Of a stretch of 64,000 bases of DNA, positions 29,350 to 39,621 are shown in pieces (the stretch's first letter is position 1; each line of letters opens with the position of its first letter). The notes under the pieces are model-generated. The model worked only from the letters and a program-made list of their open reading frames with translations. It did not search any database and was not told the origin of the DNA. The stretch covers positions 20,121-84,120 of the forward strand of contig CALRHH010000001.1 of the NCBI GenBank assembly GCA_943359395.1, given 5' to 3'. Position numbers and translations under genes: made by a program. Source of the stretch: Candidatus Nomurabacteria bacterium (GTDB lineage: Bacteria > Patescibacteriota > Minisyncoccia > Phycocordibacterales > UBA2100).

Positions 29350-29919
29350 ATGTTCAGGTGGATAGACGGAGTGCGGTCGTGGTTTCTCAGACACAAACAA
29401 CGTATCGGCACCGTCGTCGTTGGGCACACAGCAAAACGCATTGAGGAATATCTTTTTGACTGGCTTCTTTACGGAGCCGTGGTGTATCAATCAACCGCTC
29501 TCTGGGGGGTTGTATATGGCTCGCTCGCGAGCTTTCTCATCATGGCCCCCCTCTCCGCCCTTTTCTGTTGGACATATATCCGTCTCTACGATTGGGCCAA
29601 AATTGATTGGTTTGGATTCGAAGCACTTAAAGAGTTGCATGAGGTTGAGACACTTGGTTGGTTCGGCCGTCTGTTTCGAATGGTCGTACGCCTCGGTGAT
29701 GTCCCTGTTTTCGTTCTCCTCTCACTGCATAGCGACCCCTTCATGGTAACGGTATATTTTCGAAAAAAAGAAAATCAACACACGGGATTAACCGCTCGCG
29801 ATTGGAAGATATTCTGGGCCAGCGTATTTTTTTCAAACGCTTATTGGACACTTCGATGGACGTTCATACTCGTCGTGTTCAAAGTCATCTGGAGCTGGCT
29901 CATGCGCTCGTTCGCTTAA
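29350..29919 (+). CDS. hypothetical membrane protein
   Basis: TATACT 6 nt upstream of ATG 29350; several TM segments. Confidence 0.7.
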   Translation: MFRWIDGVRSWFLRHKQRIGTVVVGHTAKRIEEYLFDWLLYGAVVYQSTALWGVVYGSLASFLIMAPLSALFCWTYIRLYDWAKIDWFGFEALKELHEVETLGWFGRLFRMVVRLGDVPVFVLLSLHSDPFMVTVYFRKKENQHTGLTARDWKIFWASVFFSNAYWTLRWTFILVVFKVIWSWLMRSFA

Positions 29920-29977
29920 CCTATCTTCAGAGCCAGCTTAATCATCGTAGACATTAAAATGGCGTATACTATAGACC

Positions 29978-30352
29978 ATGGACGGACTAGTGGAGCCCTT
30001 GGCAAAAAAAGGTGGTTTTCCTCTCTATGAAATCTTACTCGTTGCAGTCGGCTTAGCTGTCGCCGCAAGTCTATACACGTACCTCTACGCCGAACGCTAC
30101 GACTTCGTCATTGAGGCGCCGTGTGACTCTACGCTTCAGCAGTGCTACACGCGCGATTGTTCAACGGGGGATTGCCCTCCCAACGAACTGTCGGAATACC
30201 GCGTGCTTCAGGTCTCAGCAAAGACATTTGATACCTGTACTGACAACGGATGTTCAAATATTTGCACAGCGCAAAATCCTGCCTGTATAGAAACTTTTTG
30301 CTCCTTAGAAGACGGGGAGGAGTGCGTGGGCCTCTCGAGTTCTAATGAATAG
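29978..30352 (+). CDS. small Cys-rich membrane-anchored protein
   Basis: One TM followed by 10 Cys (CD..QQCY.RDCS..DCPPN, CTDNGCSNIC, C..TFC..EEC). Confidence 0.75.
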   Translation: MDGLVEPLAKKGGFPLYEILLVAVGLAVAASLYTYLYAERYDFVIEAPCDSTLQQCYTRDCSTGDCPPNELSEYRVLQVSAKTFDTCTDNGCSNICTAQNPACIETFCSLEDGEECVGLSSSNE

Positions 30353-31211
30353 CAATACTATGCCTCTACCTCCCGCACCCATCGGGTCGACCCGAATCCA
30401 TAGAGTAATGCCTTCGGTCAAAGCCACTGAGGACGTGTTTACCCCGCAAGACGAGGCACGGCGAGAGCTCAAGAGACGGAGGAAGGATGCAGATTTGCAA
30501 GCCGAAGTGCGGGAGTTTATAGACACTAAGGCAAAAAAGGTTCTTGAGAAGTGTGAGGTGCCACGTGCTGTTATGTTTCGGCAACTAGCTAGCCCGACGC
30601 ATGAGCTCCTGCGTTTCCTACGTATTGCAAAGCATATGCACCTTACCCCGCTCCTCTTCGAATATCATGGAGACAAATTTGTCAGCGCAAACAACTCGTA
30701 CAAGCGCGCTCTTGGAAAAATGCCAATATACCAACACACTGGGATTGACGGGCGAGACATCGTCCGCTACAAGAATATCATCGACTTCAACACCTCTGCA
30801 GGAAAACCCCTTGACACCATACGATGCAGAGACGGGCAGTCGCTCATCGGTTTTCACCACAAGCTCCTTAAAAAAATGGCGCGTCTTAATGTCGAAGCGC
30901 ACTCTGTAGACGCCACCCCTTGGTTTAGAGGCATCGGAGGGAACGCCATCGGATACTACGAACAATTCTTAAGCCTTTTCATCAGAGATGGGATTCTCTT
31001 CGAACAATTTGAGCCCACAAAGTCGGAACAACGTTTTACCCGTGAAGTTGTTATGCCTGCATTTAAGCGAGTGTTGACTCGGTTCAAGCTCCGCCCACTC
31101 ATTGTGCGCGTTGTTCCAAAAAATAAAGAAGGGTTAAGTTTCTGGGATTCATACCCAACTCGTATTGAAAAATTCCTTGAAGAATCGAAACGGAGGAGGG
31201 ATACTACATGA
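30345..31211 (+). CDS. uncharacterised cytoplasmic enzyme-like protein
   Basis: 288-aa ORF overlapping both neighbours; motifs RQLASPTHE, EYHGDKF, FHH, GILFEQF. Confidence 0.7.
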   Translation: MNSNTMPLPPAPIGSTRIHRVMPSVKATEDVFTPQDEARRELKRRRKDADLQAEVREFIDTKAKKVLEKCEVPRAVMFRQLASPTHELLRFLRIAKHMHLTPLLFEYHGDKFVSANNSYKRALGKMPIYQHTGIDGRDIVRYKNIIDFNTSAGKPLDTIRCRDGQSLIGFHHKLLKKMARLNVEAHSVDATPWFRGIGGNAIGYYEQFLSLFIRDGILFEQFEPTKSEQRFTREVVMPAFKRVLTRFKLRPLIVRVVPKNKEGLSFWDSYPTRIEKFLEESKRRRDTT

Positions 31212-32824
31212 GTATGGACGTGAACACTTGTTTTGCAACGACAGCAAGCATACGCGACCTTGCGCTGTACGCACACCTGATACCAGCCTCGGCAGTTATC
31301 CTCCTCTCAGTATTTGTACTTTGGAAAGCCGTCAATCGTTTCAAAGCGTGGACCTTCGCGAGTTTTTGTGCCACCTTTGCACTCTGGCTTTTTTCCGACC
31401 TCGTCTTGTGGACATCAAACAACTACCATCTCGTTGCCGCGCTCTGGGCTCCCATAGACTTTGTTGAAATAGTGTTTTTTCTTCTTCTTCTTGAATTCGT
31501 CTGTATCGACCTCTTCCCGGAGGGGCGTCCGAGGTGGGTATCATCATTCATTCTCATCTCTGCGGCTATACCACTCGCCATTACCTTGTTGGGTCAATCG
31601 GTGCATGGACTCAATCACGCAGTGTGCGAGATGATCAACAACGACTTCATCCAGACGTATAAACTCTCTCTTGAAATGTTTGTACTCGGCGTGATACTCT
31701 ATTTCGGCACTCAAAGAATACTCACGCAGCACGATAGGCAAGAGCGTACTCGCATCGCGCTCGTAGTCGCAGCAGTAGTGCTGTTCTTGGGTATATTTGC
31801 AGGAAGTGAATTTTATGCGAGCTACACCTACATATACGAGGTTGAGCTCTACTCCTTCTTCACTCTTCCAATTTTCGTTCTCCTCCTTACCATCGCCGTC
31901 ACAAGCTACGGCACCTTCAAACTTGGCGACGCGGCAGTGAAAACACTCTTCTACATCTTCCTCCTCCTCGCCGCCACTCAATTCTTCTTCGTGCAAACTG
32001 TTACAGACTTCCTTCTCGCGGGTATGAGCTTCACTGTTGTTCTTACACTCGGTATCATGCTTTTCAGACTTTCCGAAAGGGAAATAACGCAGCTACACCT
32101 TATCGAAATACAAGAACAGGAGCTCGAAGTTATCAACGCACAGCAGATAAACCTCCTTCACTTCATCAGTCACGAGATTAAGGGCTACCTAACCAAAAGC
32201 GAGGCGGGATTCGCCGCCATCACGGAAGGGGACTACGGGGTAGTACCGGAGCAATTGAAGACAATGGCGAGGTCGGCACTGGCAGACGTGCGCAAGGGCG
32301 TCTCCACCGTCATGGACATACTCTCCGCCTCAAACCTTAAGAAAGGTACCGTCACCTTCAAAAAAGTGGCGTTTGATTTCCGTCTCGCTGTCGAGACCAT
32401 TGTCAAAGAACAACGAGTGCCCGCACGCGAGAAGAACCTTACGATTGACGTGCAGATGGCCGAAGGGAAATACCGCATGGAAGGTGACGAAGAAAAAATC
32501 CGCGAGCACGTGATACGCAATCTCATCGACAACGCTATCCGGTACACTCCCACGGGAGCCATCCACGTCCAGTTATCCGATGGCGACGGCAAGATTCATT
32601 TCTCCGTCAAAGACAGCGGCGTCGGTATCACACCTGAAGACATGGGCCACCTTTTCACCGAAGGCGGACATGGTAAGGATTCCATCAAGGTCAACGTGCA
32701 TTCCACGGGCTACGGCCTCTTCATCGCAAAAGAAGTCGTCGAGGCCGAGGGCGGGAAGATTTGGGCGGAATCAGAAGGCGCAGGCAAAGGCTCGCGGTTC
32801 ATAGTCGAGTTGCCCGCTTTATAG
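31208..32824 (+). CDS. multi-TM sensor histidine kinase (7TM-type input)
   Basis: Polytopic N-terminus; H-box ISHEIKGYL, NLIDNAIRYT, DSGVGI, GYGLFI, GKGSRF. Confidence 0.92.
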   Translation: MSMDVNTCFATTASIRDLALYAHLIPASAVILLSVFVLWKAVNRFKAWTFASFCATFALWLFSDLVLWTSNNYHLVAALWAPIDFVEIVFFLLLLEFVCIDLFPEGRPRWVSSFILISAAIPLAITLLGQSVHGLNHAVCEMINNDFIQTYKLSLEMFVLGVILYFGTQRILTQHDRQERTRIALVVAAVVLFLGIFAGSEFYASYTYIYEVELYSFFTLPIFVLLLTIAVTSYGTFKLGDAAVKTLFYIFLLLAATQFFFVQTVTDFLLAGMSFTVVLTLGIMLFRLSEREITQLHLIEIQEQELEVINAQQINLLHFISHEIKGYLTKSEAGFAAITEGDYGVVPEQLKTMARSALADVRKGVSTVMDILSASNLKKGTVTFKKVAFDFRLAVETIVKEQRVPAREKNLTIDVQMAEGKYRMEGDEEKIREHVIRNLIDNAIRYTPTGAIHVQLSDGDGKIHFSVKDSGVGITPEDMGHLFTEGGHGKDSIKVNVHSTGYGLFIAKEVVEAEGGKIWAESEGAGKGSRFIVELPAL

Positions 32825-32838
32825 TGCTCCGCAGGAGA

Positions 32839-33930
32839 CTATATATCCAGATACCCCTTCTTGAAGGCTAGTTCTGCATTCAAAATCCCTCCTCCCGCAG
32901 CGCCGCGGACAGTATTGTGCGAGAGTGCGACAAAGCGATAGTCGAGCACGGGGCATTCGCGTAGACGCCCGGCAATAACGGCCATTCCCTTGTCGGTGTC
33001 GCGGTCGCGCTTGGGCTGCGGCCGGTCGTCCTCATTACGATAGTGGATGGGCTGTTTCGGTGCGAACGGCAAGTCGAGCTTCTGCGGCTCTCCGCGAAAC
33101 GACTTCCAGATATTGAGAATTGTGTCACGCCGCGGTTTCTTCTTGCCGAATTCAAGCGAGATGATAGCTGTGTGACCGTCGGAAACCGGTACCCGTGTGC
33201 ATGTCGCGGAGATGTTGATACCCTCCCAAGGAATAATCTGGCCACCCTTTACGTGCCCCAATATCTTGTAGGGCTCGGATTGTGTTTTCTCCTCTTCGCC
33301 TCCAATGTATGGAATGACATTGTCGATGACGTCCCAGCTCGATACGCCAGGGTATCCCGCGCCTGAAACAGCCTGCATCGTAGTCACGACAATGCGCTTG
33401 ATATCGTAGCCTTTTTGTAACAATGCGTGGATGGGAGCGATATAGCTCTGGATACTGCAATTCGGCTTCACCACAATGAATCCTTTTTTCCAGCCACGCG
33501 CTTTTTGCTGTTGCGGGATGATGTCGAGATGGTGTGCATTTATCTCGGGAATAAGCATCGGTACGTCTTCTGTCCCGCGATGGGCGGACGCATTTGAGAA
33601 GACAGGTATGTCGGCGGCCGCATACACTTCTTCCAATTTTCGTATCATGTCTTTATCTGGCATTTCAAAGGCCGAAAAGACAAACGCACATTCCGCTTTT
33701 GCCCGCTCCACATCCGCGACATCCTGAACAACGAGCTTAGCGACGTCGGACGGTATTTCTCCTGCCACTATCCACCCGCTCCTGAGTGCGTCTTTATACT
33801 TCTTTCCCGCTGACTGCGGCGAAGCCGCGACGTACGCGACTCGGAACCACGGGTGATCCGCCAGCAGGTGAACATATTGCTGACCGACCATACCGGTCGC
33901 ACCCAATATTCCCACGGGGATTTCCTTCAT
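32839..33930 (-). CDS. asd: aspartate-semialdehyde dehydrogenase
   Basis: [36 protein letters not shown] (archaeal/fungal-type pattern). Confidence 0.95.
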   Translation of the reverse strand: MKEIPVGILGATGMVGQQYVHLLADHPWFRVAYVAASPQSAGKKYKDALRSGWIVAGEIPSDVAKLVVQDVADVERAKAECAFVFSAFEMPDKDMIRKLEEVYAAADIPVFSNASAHRGTEDVPMLIPEINAHHLDIIPQQQKARGWKKGFIVVKPNCSIQSYIAPIHALLQKGYDIKRIVVTTMQAVSGAGYPGVSSWDVIDNVIPYIGGEEEKTQSEPYKILGHVKGGQIIPWEGINISATCTRVPVSDGHTAIISLEFGKKKPRRDTILNIWKSFRGEPQKLDLPFAPKQPIHYRNEDDRPQPKRDRDTDKGMAVIAGRLRECPVLDYRFVALSHNTVRGAAGGGILNAELAFKKGYLDI

Positions 33931-33939
33931 ATTGATACG

Positions 33940-35307
33940 TTACGCCTCAATGTACTCTTTGTGAAGGACTTTGAGTGCCTTTTCGGCGTCGCGTGTATTC
34001 ACAACAAACGTCATGCTTACTCCTGAAGAGGCCTGCGATATCATCTCCACGGCAATCTTGTTTTGCCCGAGTACCGTAAACATTCTTCCCGCGACGCCGG
34101 CCGCGTTCACGCCGCCTCCGACCGCACAAATGATGGCTTTGCCGCGGTCTACCGATACATCACCGAGTTCCCGCAAAGCCTTGGTAATCTTCGGAAGGTT
34201 CTTCTCGTCATCGATAGTGACCGATACGCTCGTTACCGATGTCGCAACGACGTCGATACTTGTTCGGTGTGCGTTGAATATCTCGAATATGCGTGCGATA
34301 AAACCACTTCCGTCGTAAAACTTGGGGGAATTGACATGTACCGCAATGACGGGGCTTTTGAACGTGAGCGCATCGACAGTGTGACTCTCTTTGCGGCGTT
34401 GCGCAAAATTCGGGACGATGGTCGTACCAGAATCATCTGGCTTGAACGTGTTGAGTACCTTAACGGGAATACTCTTGCGCATGGCCGGCAATATGGTTTT
34501 CGGATGGAGCACCTTCGCGCCGAAATACGCAAGCTCGCCGGCTTCCTCAAATGAAAGTTCTGGGACCACTTGTGCTTCCGGTACACGACGCGGATCGGCC
34601 GTCATGATGCCGGATACGTCCGTCCATATTTCGATTGCTTTTGCGCCCAACGCAGAGCCCACGATGGCTGCACTGTAATCGCTCCCGCCGCGACCAAGCG
34701 TCGTCGTCTTTCCGTCTGGAGTCGCGCCGATGAATCCTGTGACAATCTGTAAAGGGGTGTGCTTCTTGAAATGCGCGCGAATACTCTTCTCCGTGCTGAC
34801 AAAATCGACGGCGGCAGATTCAAATTGTTCGTCGGTTGTAATGACGCGTCGCGCATTCAGGTACTCACATCGCACGCGACGATGCAGAAGTGCTCCCGTA
34901 AGGATATGTCCCGACAGCCGTTCTCCGAAGCTCATGATATAGGCCATACCCGCAGGTGAAAGTTCTTGTAAACGATACGTCCCTTCCACAATGCTCTCTA
35001 GCTGACGGAAGAGATCATCGACTAACGCCAGCGTTTTTGCGCGATACCGAGAACCTACGAGCTCACGTGCGACCTCAATGTGCCGGCGCTCGAGATTCTT
35101 GAGAACTACCCTGTACTTTGGTTCTTTGGTACTTGCCAGCTTGGCGATTTTGATAAGGTCATTGGTAACTCCAGACATCGCGGAAACGATGATTGCTACA
35201 ATCCGCGCGTCTTGTCGAGGTCTCTTGATAATAGCAATGACTTTTTGTATCGCGTCCGCCGACCCCATGGACGTTCCGCCGAATTTCAGTACTTTTATCC
35301 GTTTCAT
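33940..35307 (-). CDS. lysC: aspartate kinase
   Basis: KFGGTS, VSAM.GVT, TTLGRGGSDYSA, WTDVSG, two ACT domains. Confidence 0.95.
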   Translation of the reverse strand: MKRIKVLKFGGTSMGSADAIQKVIAIIKRPRQDARIVAIIVSAMSGVTNDLIKIAKLASTKEPKYRVVLKNLERRHIEVARELVGSRYRAKTLALVDDLFRQLESIVEGTYRLQELSPAGMAYIMSFGERLSGHILTGALLHRRVRCEYLNARRVITTDEQFESAAVDFVSTEKSIRAHFKKHTPLQIVTGFIGATPDGKTTTLGRGGSDYSAAIVGSALGAKAIEIWTDVSGIMTADPRRVPEAQVVPELSFEEAGELAYFGAKVLHPKTILPAMRKSIPVKVLNTFKPDDSGTTIVPNFAQRRKESHTVDALTFKSPVIAVHVNSPKFYDGSGFIARIFEIFNAHRTSIDVVATSVTSVSVTIDDEKNLPKITKALRELGDVSVDRGKAIICAVGGGVNAAGVAGRMFTVLGQNKIAVEMISQASSGVSMTFVVNTRDAEKALKVLHKEYIEA

Positions 35308-35400
35308 TCGTCGCACGCTACCACACGCACATCAACACGTCAAAAATCGAAAGGTGTTCCGCCGGCCTTTTTTCAAGGTCTTTCGCACGCTCTATGATTT

Positions 35401-35430
35401 AAAAAAAATGCCCCGACATCACATCGGGGC
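35401..35430 (-). terminator. intrinsic terminator of the small-gene unit upstream of lysC
   Basis: Minus strand GCCCCGA-TGTGATG-TCGGGGC-ATTTTTTTT. Confidence 0.75.
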
Positions 35431-35464
35431 GAGGCTTGGGCCTCTATAATATGCCTCGCCCGAC

Positions 35465-35731
35465 TTAATTTGCGGTGAGGGTTTTTTTGGAAGTCGTCGA
35501 ATGCGATTCATCGACGAGTTCGGTAAGCAGCTCGATGACGGCGGTGGTGGAGTTGGTAAAGGACCCACCCCGCTGGCCATTTTCGAGGTCGATTCGATAC
35601 ATCGCTCCGGGCTTGCCCTTCGCGAATATCGCATCGAGTTCGCGGCGTACCTGCCGTAGGTACTCTCCCGCGTTTACGTCACTCGGAGGCAGGATTTTGA
35701 TGTTTCCTTCCTCCACGCGCAGATACTGCAT
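35465..35731 (-). CDS. small hypothetical protein
   Basis: 88 aa; AAGGGAG Shine-Dalgarno 6 nt upstream of ATG. Confidence 0.6.
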   Translation of the reverse strand: MQYLRVEEGNIKILPPSDVNAGEYLRQVRRELDAIFAKGKPGAMYRIDLENGQRGGSFTNSTTAVIELLTELVDESHSTTSKKTLTAN

Positions 35732-35753
35732 GGTCGTTCTCCCTTGATTGGGC

Positions 35754-35933
35754 CTATTCCCAGCGCAGAAACTGGATGTTTGGCCCGCCGCAACTGTGAC
35801 AGCTCGTGGGCTTAATCTCGCACACGAACTCCTTCCCGTTACACGGATGCGGGATGCATCCGTAAACCATCTTCGGCTTTGGTTTCGAGCCGTTGTCCGC
35901 CGCTTTCGCGACGTCAGGAGTGGTTATAAGCAT
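35754..35933 (-). CDS. small zinc-ribbon-like protein (59 aa)
   Basis: MLITT...YGCIPHPCNGKEF...CHSCGGPNI; AGGGAG SD; upstream TTGCAT-17-CATACT promoter. Confidence 0.6.
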   Translation of the reverse strand: MLITTPDVAKAADNGSKPKPKMVYGCIPHPCNGKEFVCEIKPTSCHSCGGPNIQFLRWE

Positions 35934-36072
35934 GGCTTTCTCCCTATGGGGGTGCAGATGCTCACCTGAGCATTTCCCCCGAGGCAGTATGAACTTCCCA
36001 GATTCTGTATGCAAGCAAAAGCCCTCCACCCCTTGCCACGATATATGGGTTGGGGAGGAGGACTTAGCAACG

Positions 36073-36552
36073 CTACGGAACAAGGAAGACGCAGCCTTTA
36101 GCCCATGAGTGCGAGCGGCCGAAGGGGCCGGACTCGATGTGGAGTCCGCCCTGCGTCCATCCGGCATGAACGCCATAGAGCTTGCCTTCTACCAGTACAT
36201 AGCAGGTATACCAACGCGCGCGGTCAGCACGCGTAAGATGGTACCAGTACTGGCCGAAGGTGATGTTGACCTTATCCCGCCCACCGAGCTCGTCAACAAT
36301 TCCTGGTTGGTTGACGTAGCGCGAGCGTATAGGAAGGTCACAGCCTTCGATACCGAGCACGTGCTCGTAGAGAGTCGTTTCAAGCGTCGGCCCTTCGCGC
36401 GCATGTAGCACATGCTCGCGGAAGTGTTTGCCGGCCCAGACGATCATTACGCCGTCCACCATTTCACCGGGTCGGATAACAGTGTCTACGGTGAACGCAT
36501 CGAGCGGCGGGATATTCGCAGGCGTGCGATTATCAAGGAACATTTTGGTCAT
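36073..36552 (-). CDS. hypothetical protein
   Basis: GAGG SD before ATG 36552; followed by a hairpin plus T-tract. Confidence 0.6.
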   Translation of the reverse strand: MTKMFLDNRTPANIPPLDAFTVDTVIRPGEMVDGVMIVWAGKHFREHVLHAREGPTLETTLYEHVLGIEGCDLPIRSRYVNQPGIVDELGGRDKVNITFGQYWYHLTRADRARWYTCYVLVEGKLYGVHAGWTQGGLHIESGPFGRSHSWAKGCVFLVP

Positions 36553-36649
36553 GTCGAACCTCTCTGTTTCAGCTGCATTGAACCTGGATATATAAGCACA
36601 TACGCGACTGGCATGCAAAATACGTCAGCCGTGGGCTATAATGCTCGGA

Positions 36650-37876
36650 ATGATAAAAACTGTGCCTTTCTCCAAGGATGAGCTTGAGAAGTTGCTTCGC
36701 CTGCACCCCACCCCTCTGTACATATACGATGAGCAGGGTATACGACAAACAGCACAACGTCTTCTGAAAGCGTTTTCGTGGTCGCCGGAATTCAAGGAGT
36801 ACTTCGCGGTGAAAGCAACGCCGAATCATCACATACTTTCTATACTCAAAGACGAGGGTTGTGGCGCCGATTGCAGTTCTTTAGCGGAACTACTTCTCGC
36901 AGAGCGAATCGGCCTATCGAAAGAAGACGTCATGTTCACCTCGAATGACACGCCCGCGGGTGAATACATAAAGGCAAAAGCGCTTGGAGCAATAATCAAT
37001 CTCGACGCATTTGAGGATATCGCTTTTCTCGAGGAGCATGCGGGTCTGCCTGAGATGTTGTCATTCCGATATAACCCGGGCCCAGTACGCGACGGCAACG
37101 TCATCATCGGAAAACCCGAAGAAGCGAAATTCGGCATGACGCACGGCCAGCTCATTGAAGCGTATCGTGTCGCGAGCGCAAAGGGCGTCAAGCGCTTCGG
37201 TCTCCACACCATGGTCGCGTCGAACGAGCGGCAGGTAGAGTATTTCGTGGAGACTGCGCGGATGCTCTTCGATATCGTACGGGAAGTGCGCGACGAACTT
37301 GGCATTACGATTGAGCTCGTAAATTTCGGCGGCGGCATCGGAATTCCGTACAGGCCGGAAGATAAGGAGGTGGACATCGAGGCGCTCGCCATGAGCGTGA
37401 AAAATCTCTACGAGTCATACCAACTCGCCCCTCTCAAACTCGCGATGGAGTGCGGACGCTACATTACAGGGCCACACGGATACCTGGTATCCCGCGTCCG
37501 GCATCTCAAGGAAACATACCGGAAATACGTCGGTCTTGACGCGACGATGGCGAATCTCATGCGGCCCGGCATGTATGGCGCCTATCACCACATCACGGTT
37601 CTCGGCAAGGAGAATGCCCCGACCGACGAGATATACGATGTCGTCGGCTCTCTCTGCGAGAACAACGACAAATTCGCCATAGAGCGGAAGCTGCCTCACA
37701 TGGAGTTGGATGACGTCATTGTCATTCACGATGCGGGCGCACATGGACACGCGATGGGATTCAACTACAACGGGAAACTCCGCTCGGCAGAATTTCTTAT
37801 GAAGCCTGACCAGAGCTTTACCATGATTCGCCGTGCGGAGACGATGGAAGACCTGTTTGCTACCTTGGTGGATTGA
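36650..37876 (+). CDS. lysA: diaminopimelate decarboxylase
   Basis: TPLYIYDE, FAVKA (PLP Lys), KFG, NFGGGIG, GSLCENND, GAHGHAMGFNYN. Confidence 0.93.
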   Translation: MIKTVPFSKDELEKLLRLHPTPLYIYDEQGIRQTAQRLLKAFSWSPEFKEYFAVKATPNHHILSILKDEGCGADCSSLAELLLAERIGLSKEDVMFTSNDTPAGEYIKAKALGAIINLDAFEDIAFLEEHAGLPEMLSFRYNPGPVRDGNVIIGKPEEAKFGMTHGQLIEAYRVASAKGVKRFGLHTMVASNERQVEYFVETARMLFDIVREVRDELGITIELVNFGGGIGIPYRPEDKEVDIEALAMSVKNLYESYQLAPLKLAMECGRYITGPHGYLVSRVRHLKETYRKYVGLDATMANLMRPGMYGAYHHITVLGKENAPTDEIYDVVGSLCENNDKFAIERKLPHMELDDVIVIHDAGAHGHAMGFNYNGKLRSAEFLMKPDQSFTMIRRAETMEDLFATLVD

Positions 37877-37937
37877 TTCACTCTTGATAAGATGGCGTTA
37901 TGCTACCGAGAGCAGCAAACGTATAATCCGAAAGAAT

Positions 37938-38702
37938 ATGAATATCGCACTCATAGGGTATGGCGGAATGGGACACTCGCTCGCGAGTGCTGCAGGGACG
38001 CGTGGACATCGTATAGTGGCCATCATAGACCGTAGTGCGCCCGAGGCATCTGCGAAGTCTCTCGATGCCCAATCCCTCGCCGATGCCGATGTCGCTATTG
38101 ACTTTTCAAGCCCTGCGGAGGTGATGACCTCAGTGCAATCGTGTGTCGAAGCGGGTATCCCACTCGTCGTCGGCACGACGGGATGGTACGATCGGGTAGA
38201 CGAAGTCCGTCAAGTCGTAGAAGCGGCTCCGGACTCGAGACGCATCGGTTTTTTATGGTCGTCGAACTTTTCTGTTGGCGTTCACATGTATTTTCGCATC
38301 ATCGCGGAGGCGGCGCGCCTCGTAAACAGACTCGATGAATACGACATTTGGGGACACGAGATACACCATGCGGGCAAGGCGGACAGCCCTTCAGGTACGG
38401 CAAAGACACTCGAGAAGATACTGCTCGACGCCGTCCACCGCAAGGAGTCCGTTGTGGAGGAGAGACTCAACCGTAAGCGTGCGGATTCGGAAATACATTT
38501 CTCCTCGGTACGCGGAGGTGCGGTAAATTTTGGGCATACCGTTGGCTTCGATTCTGCGGCAGACAGAATTCTTATTACTCATGAAGCGCGGAACCGTGAC
38601 GGCTACGCGCAAGGCGCAATAAAAGCGGCGGAATGGCTTGTGGGAAAAACCGGCTTCTATAGTATGGATGAATACATACGCGATATTTTCCCCGCATCAT
38701 AA
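37938..38702 (+). CDS. dapB: 4-hydroxy-tetrahydrodipicolinate reductase
   Basis: GYGGMG, IDFS, VGTTG, NFSVGV, EIHH..KADSPSGTA. Confidence 0.95.
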   Translation: MNIALIGYGGMGHSLASAAGTRGHRIVAIIDRSAPEASAKSLDAQSLADADVAIDFSSPAEVMTSVQSCVEAGIPLVVGTTGWYDRVDEVRQVVEAAPDSRRIGFLWSSNFSVGVHMYFRIIAEAARLVNRLDEYDIWGHEIHHAGKADSPSGTAKTLEKILLDAVHRKESVVEERLNRKRADSEIHFSSVRGGAVNFGHTVGFDSAADRILITHEARNRDGYAQGAIKAAEWLVGKTGFYSMDEYIRDIFPAS

Positions 38703-38716
38703 ATTTCTAAATCAAT

Positions 38717-39613
38717 ATGACTACAAAGAAATACGCAGGCACGTGGACAGCACTCATCACTCCATTCAAAAAAGACGGGGGGTTGGATGAAGCGGCCTTA
38801 CGAATACTGGTGCGCAGGCAGATTGAGGGTGGCGTAACTGGTATCGTTCCCATCGGTACAACGGGGGAATCGCCGACGACACTTGCAGCAGAAGACCGAC
38901 GAGCCATCGAGATTGTGGTAGAAGAGGCGGCCGGCAAGGTTCAGGTCATGGCGGGTACTGGGAGCAATAGCACCCGAGAAGCCGTGACGTACACCAAAGC
39001 GGCAAAAGAAGTTGGCGCAGGCTCATGTCTTGTCGTCGCTCCGTATTACAACAAACCGACGCCCGACGGGCTAAAACTACACTACGCGGCAATTGCTGAT
39101 GTCGGTCTTCCTGTCATTGTTTACAACATCAAGGGCCGAACGGGCATCAACATAGATACTGACACGCTCATGGAAATGGCACAGAACCCGATGATAGTAG
39201 GAGTGAAAGAAGCAAGCGGAGACATTGCCCAGATGAAAGATGTGCTCGCGCGAAGACCCGACGATTTTACCGTGCTGTGCGGTGACGACGCCATGACCCT
39301 CGACTTGATGCGGGCGGGTGGAGACGGTGTTATCTCGGTTGCGTCCAACATCGTACCCCGTGAGGTATCCACCTTAGTGCGTCATGCGGCGGCGGGCGAA
39401 TGGGATGAAGCGGAAAAAGTCAACGAGCATCTGGCGGACATGTTCAAAAAACTATTCATCGAATCCAACCCCATCCCGGTGAAATACTGTGCGGCGCGTA
39501 TGGGTACTTGCGAGCTTGTCTACCGTCTTCCTCTGTGTCCGCCAACCGCCACGTCGCAGACAGTTCTCGACACTCTGCTGAAAGACTACGGATTGCTCAA
39601 AGACACCACGTAA
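38717..39613 (+). CDS. dapA: 4-hydroxy-tetrahydrodipicolinate synthase
   Basis: ALITPF, GTTGES, PYYNKP, YNI.GRT, GVKEASG, SNPIPVK. Confidence 0.96.
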   Translation: MTTKKYAGTWTALITPFKKDGGLDEAALRILVRRQIEGGVTGIVPIGTTGESPTTLAAEDRRAIEIVVEEAAGKVQVMAGTGSNSTREAVTYTKAAKEVGAGSCLVVAPYYNKPTPDGLKLHYAAIADVGLPVIVYNIKGRTGINIDTDTLMEMAQNPMIVGVKEASGDIAQMKDVLARRPDDFTVLCGDDAMTLDLMRAGGDGVISVASNIVPREVSTLVRHAAAGEWDEAEKVNEHLADMFKKLFIESNPIPVKYCAARMGTCELVYRLPLCPPTATSQTVLDTLLKDYGLLKDTT

Positions 39614-39621
39614 TTCTTCTC

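Noticed and set aside
35308-35464. Lysine riboswitch upstream of lysC
   Set aside because: The region is short and lacks L-box consensus features; it contains only a terminator and a likely leaderless promoter
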